NCBI RefSeq assembly: GCF_018350175.1
Contig: NC_058368.1
Span: 30,320,001 to 30,384,000, forward strand
Direction of reading: 5' to 3'
Length of the DNA stretch: 64,000 bases
Source of the DNA: Felis catus
Taxonomy: Eukaryota
This document shows positions 59,408 to 64,000 of this stretch, piece by piece (within the stretch, counting starts at the first letter, position 1; every line of letters begins with the position of its first letter). A program made the translations under genes and the position numbers. A model generated the notes under the pieces. It was not told the origin of the DNA. It did not search any database and saw nothing but the letters and a program-made list of their open reading frames with translations.

Positions 59408-62400
59408 AAAGAGTTGATAAAAAAAAAATTAACCATTTAAGAAACTCGAAATAGCTTTCTCTTGATCTAAAAATCATGTAAATTAATAACATTCAGATGG
59501 CTTAGATATAACTATAGGTTCTTTTTAGTGTGTTTTTATTTTGAAAAAAAAAATTGGAAGAGATCCCCCCAATTTTTCCTCATAACTGATGAATCTGACT
59601 TCTAATGACCCCAAGAAAGGATGCATTGATTTACTGAACAAATGCTATTTATTGTACACCTCCCGTGAACCTGTCATTGGGATAAGCACAAGATACAGAG
59701 GAGTAATCACAAAGGTTTCAAAGGTCAAGGTGGGCAAGATTCCTGGGTCTAGGTGTTCTGACATTATAAACTTTGGGTATGAAGTGCTCTCCACTCTGAT
59801 CTTTGCAATACCACTGGATGCAGTATTCCTAAATCTTCAGTCCTACCTGAAAGTGATTTCGAAGCCTCCTGATTCCCTAATTGGTTGACTGTTTTGCGGT
59901 CACTGATTACCTATCAGGCACAGGGCTAAGGTCTAGGAAAACAATGGTGGAGAAGATAGTATTCATCCTCATGAAGGCAAGTACTATCTCCATATTAGTG
60001 ATTCCCAATCACTGACCTTAGAGCTATCACGCATATACACCTGCTAAATTTCTCATTGAGCAATAACAGTAACAGATACTACAACTACAAACATAGTGGT
60101 CTTGAAATGTTTTGTCATTAAAACAAGGGCTTCGTACCTCATACTCAACCATTGGTCTAAAAACACACTGATTCAGCCTGAAAAACAAGCAGAGGTTCTG
60201 AACTCTAGGAAATATCCTGGGATCCGTTCGGCAATTCTGATTCTGTGAGTGTCAAGGGAATCCTAGAAGCTCTCGTCTCAGAAGCTTCCCATGTGATTTT
60301 CATGAGTAGTCAGTTGGGAGAATTACATTTGCGCGTGTAATCTGATTCTGCTTCAACACTTTTTCCACCTCTTTCTTGCTGGGGCATGACAGCTGGTTGG
60401 TCTCCTGGGTTTTATTGATGAGAACTTGAGAACTTGCCTAGTGGGTTTGTGGCTGTGATGACCCATTCCTGGCCTTCCCCCCCCCCCCCCCATGTTCCTC
60501 TCTCTGACACCACCTTTAGGTTTAGCTTTCCAGTGAATTCCAGTATTTAGAGCCTTTTTTCTTTACGCTAAATACAAAGAATCCCTAGTTCTCTGCCACT
60601 GATCTATCCCTTGGTTTTGGATTAATTGTAAAAGTGACTTTTAACTTTCTACTGTATGCAAAGCACAGTACATTACAAATGCATTTATGTGTTCTTTTAA
60701 AAAAGTGACTGCAATTAATCTCCTCACTATGGTTCAACATACATCTAAAAGAAAAACCATCATGCATCCATCAATCATTTGAAGTCTTCTCCCAGCTGGA
60801 GAGCTGATCAATTTAAGGACATTCACTTATTTTTCTGTGCACGGAGAATATGAACTTTTCATTGCATTTTAATTCATGTTTCTCCCCCTTTTATTGTCAC
60901 ATTACCTGTCAAGTATGAACTTTGCATCCAAAGGTTCTTTTCCCTTATAAAGCAATGTGAATATTTGGTTAGTAATTTTTTTCTTCTAACATCATTTCCC
61001 CCCAAAGATACCGTACAAAATGTCATTTCGACTTCCTTTATTTGTTTTATACCAGATGTAGTGTCAAACTGAGAGAAAATAAGTGTCGTCTTCCTGAAGA
61101 TTCTTTTGGAGACAATCGAAAACATATAGAATGTGTTTGCTTGGTTTTAACCCCCCAAATTTGAACTTTTCTCAAGTTAAAGCTGTCCCTGAGGATGGTG
61201 GATGACATTTGATCTGAGTAACAGCTATGGTACTCAGGTGAGGCCGTCCTTTCTATATGGTTTCAAAGCTAGAAGCTCAGAAATTCCATTAAAGCCAGAG
61301 TCAGAGCAGAAATAAAGGTGATGACATAGCCATTTGAGGTGAGAAAGGTGAGCTTCTTCAGAGGGTTTCAAGAAAATGCGTAATGAAAACAATTTTGGAA
61401 CCATGCCCCTGTGGTGCTCCCAGCCGCCTAACTCAGATCTCCCAAGGATGAAATGCATTGTGACCCGATTAAACCCTTACGACGTTCTTCTCACCGGCTC
61501 TCCTCTGTCTCGCAGATAAACACCCCACTTTTTAATGTTGCCCTCATTTCCCGGGTGCGCTTGAACTCCGCTAATATAAGGACTACCTTACAATGCCACG
61601 TGGAGAGACAGGTGCTGAGCACCAGCACGAATGGTTCCTGCACTCCAGGGCACGACATAGAATGAGGGAAAATATTCTTCACCGTGGCCACATAACCGGG
61701 AGGGGCTTGATACACCTGTAGTGTGGCTGCAAAAGTTACGTATGAACTTCCATCAGAAATCGTTCAGAAGTGCTTTTTTTTTTTTTTTTGACCTTGGCTC
61801 CCAGCCTCCTGGACAGCTTTTCGCTGAGCAAGATCTCCATCCATCCTCAACAACCTCCATGTTCCATCAACCCCAGCATTTAGATGCTTCTCCACTAAGC
61901 ACTGAGGTATCCTTATTCCAGACAACCAGTATTATCCGTCTTTGGGGCTCACTGTTGGTAGTCTTGTCACCCAGACTCTGCAACAGACACGAAGGCTCCT
62001 TTGATTATGTTTCAGTTCCTTAACAAGAACTCTTCTATTACCTCATGTGACTGCTAAAAACCCATAGAGGGTCTTGTCTCGCTACATGTAATTCTGTTGT
62101 GATTACTGTCGAATATTGAATTAAAAGTGGTTAGCTCATGAACAGCTCCCCCCAACAATCGACTGAAAAAGTTTTATTTTATTTTATTTTTTATGAAGAT
62201 GGTTGGCATTTTCTTATGAAGTCCTTTCGCATCTTTGGAATCTAATTATGGGGTCTGGGAATGCTCATTTTTCACCTGGTCTCTGAACTCCTGGGGTATG
62301 GAGGAGGGTATGCCATGGGAACAGATGGATGGGGTGTGGACCCGCCCCTGAGGCACAGGCCAGGGCCAGCAGAGAGCCAGCTGAAGGTGTGGGGTGCAGT

Positions 62401-62739
62401 ATACAAGGCAGGGCTGTCTCCAGCCTCAGAGGGGTTCGTCAGGATGTCAGAGGGTGGGCCTCCTGATGTGGCGAAAGCGCTGAGATCTGGGGGAACGCGG
62501 GAACAGGTGACCCTTGAAAATACAAGGCAGAGGGACAGCGGCACTGAGCAGTACGTAAGCAGAAAGCAGGGCAGTAGCCCCTGGGCCGGACTTGATGTGG
62601 AAAATAGCCAGATTACAGCAGGACCCAGCCTTGGAAGGAGAAGGAACAGTAAGCTTGGCAGACGACTGCAAAAGTAATGAGCAATGGCAGTAAAAACTCT
62701 CTCCATTTCCCCCAACCCATTTTCACCATGGCATCCGGA

Positions 62740-63350
62740 GTGAATCTTTTGAAAACATAAGGCAAATGGCACCACTGTGCTGCCTCAACTTATCAGTGGC
62801 TTCCTAAACCCGGGTTCTTAATCTCAGAACGTGCCAAGGCATCGATTGCCCAGGGATCTTGTTAAAATGCAGATTTTGATTTGGTGGTGCCTGAGTTGCT
62901 GTACTTCCAAGGAGCTCCCAGGTGATGCCAGAACCACACTTTGAGGAACAAGCATTTAAAGTACAATCAAAATTGTCCAGCCTCCCCTCATCCTGTTCTC
63001 TCCCTTGGGTGCCCACATTTCAGCCTCTCTGATCCCTTCACCGCCGCATAGGCTTTGTGATTTCTGTTCCCTGCGTTTGGACTGCCACTTGCCCAGCTCT
63101 TCCTGCTTCGCCTTGTGTGGTCTCAGCTTAAATGTCACTTCCCCAGAGTGGCTCCCTCGACCACCCTATCCAAAGCAGCCGCCTCAGTACTGATTATTCT
63201 CTATTAGAGTAACTGTGTCTTCCATCATCACTAACCCTTACTCACTCTATAACCATTTATTTATTTGTTCCGTTACTTATTTTATGTGTCCCCAATTAAG
63301 TGTAAACTTCCAGGGAGACAGGACCCATTATTGATATGTTTTCCACTGTC
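62740..63350 (+). mobile_element. L2 fragment interrupted by a MER5-type element (~62810-62955)
   Basis: L2-like 'gagtgaatcttttgaaaacataa', 'tctcagcttaaatgtcacttcc' and 'tgtaaacttccagggagacaggaccc'; MER5-like 'gggatcttgttaaaatgcagattttgatt...ccaggtgatgcc...cacactttgag'. Confidence 0.75.
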
Positions 63351-64000
63351 TCATTTATTAAGTTCTACCTATGTGCTGGAGACAACACTCAACGCTTTAC
63401 ATTTATCTCATTTATTGCCAGCATCCGTTCTGTAAGTTAGGTCTTTTTAATCACTAGTTGACAAACAAAATAATCGCCACCCTTTAAAAAGCACACAGAC
63501 TTCAAGCATTTGAGCATAACGGACATCCAGAGAAAGGGTTATAGCAGGTGCTGTCTCCGACTCTCTGCCTGCCTTTCACCTGTTGGGGGGGAGATACTCA
63601 CACTGTATCATCGCTACCATTTCCACGTGGTTCCCATGGGAGCACTGCTTAAAAGGGGACAATAATCCCATTCTTGATCCTTCCTTGCAAAGCTGAGCTG
63701 GTCTGATGCCAGACAACTGCTAAATACTGAACGCGAGCTAAAAAAAAAAAATCAAGTAAGGAGCGTAACTGGAGTTTATGAACATTACCCAAACTACCAC
63801 CGGCTGCTATGTCTTGTGCTCCAGCCCCAGGCCACATGCTTTAAAAACAAGATCAGTCAAAATGACTAGGAAGAGATTTCTATTCCCAGAGCAAAGGTGT
63901 AGCACACCTTGGTTGGGGAATGTGTTCCCCTGAACCACCTCTACCATCGGTAACCAGGGGCAGGAATGCTCTGGCAGTTCTTATTTTCTCCTTTCTGTAA

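Noticed and set aside
1..64000. The ORF track as protein-coding genes
   Set aside because: All ORFs are at most 173 aa. Many overlap SINEs (recurring MISQFV…EPASDSVSPSL peptides), L1 or LTRs. None outside L1 resembles a protein family I recognise, and I found no chain of frame-consistent exons.
1..64000. CRISPR array, operon or other prokaryote-type system; numt; CpG-island promoter
   Set aside because: The sequence is mammalian nuclear DNA. I saw no regularly spaced repeat-spacer array, no mitochondrial-like segment and no extended CpG island.

Overview
This is repeat-rich mammalian genomic DNA from a carnivore, almost certainly a felid. It contains 26 tRNA-derived CAN-SINE (SINEC) copies, several of a young cat-type subfamily, and a cat-type L1 3' end. 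I can support no protein-coding gene. The listed ORFs are chance ORFs, translations of SINEs, or decayed L1 ORF1/ORF2. Much of the window is transposable-element debris: L1 of several ages, MaLR/ERVL solo LTRs (MLT1, MLT2, LTR16-, LTR33-, MER77-like), hAT DNA-transposon relics (MER5A, MER20, MER58A, MER102-like), MIR and L2. Multi-kb unique stretches lie between them. The strong minus-strand bias of SINEs and L1s suggests, but does not prove, an intron of a + strand transcription unit. The most notable structures are five. (i) A 5'UTR-to-3'end L1 with two large internal deletions, one fusing the ORF1 N-terminus in frame to the ORF2 endonuclease. (ii) An L1 3' fragment joined to an inverted 41-nt 5S rRNA 5' fragment within one candidate TSD. 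(iii) A clean twin-primed L1 inversion inside MER5A. (iv) Perfect fold-back palindromes centred on (TA)n. (v) A PBX-HOX/MEIS/FOX/AP-1 motif cluster and a few candidate non-coding exons. I see no convincing novel multi-gene system. Repeat family names come from recalled consensus sequences, and boundaries are approximate unless a TSD is quoted.
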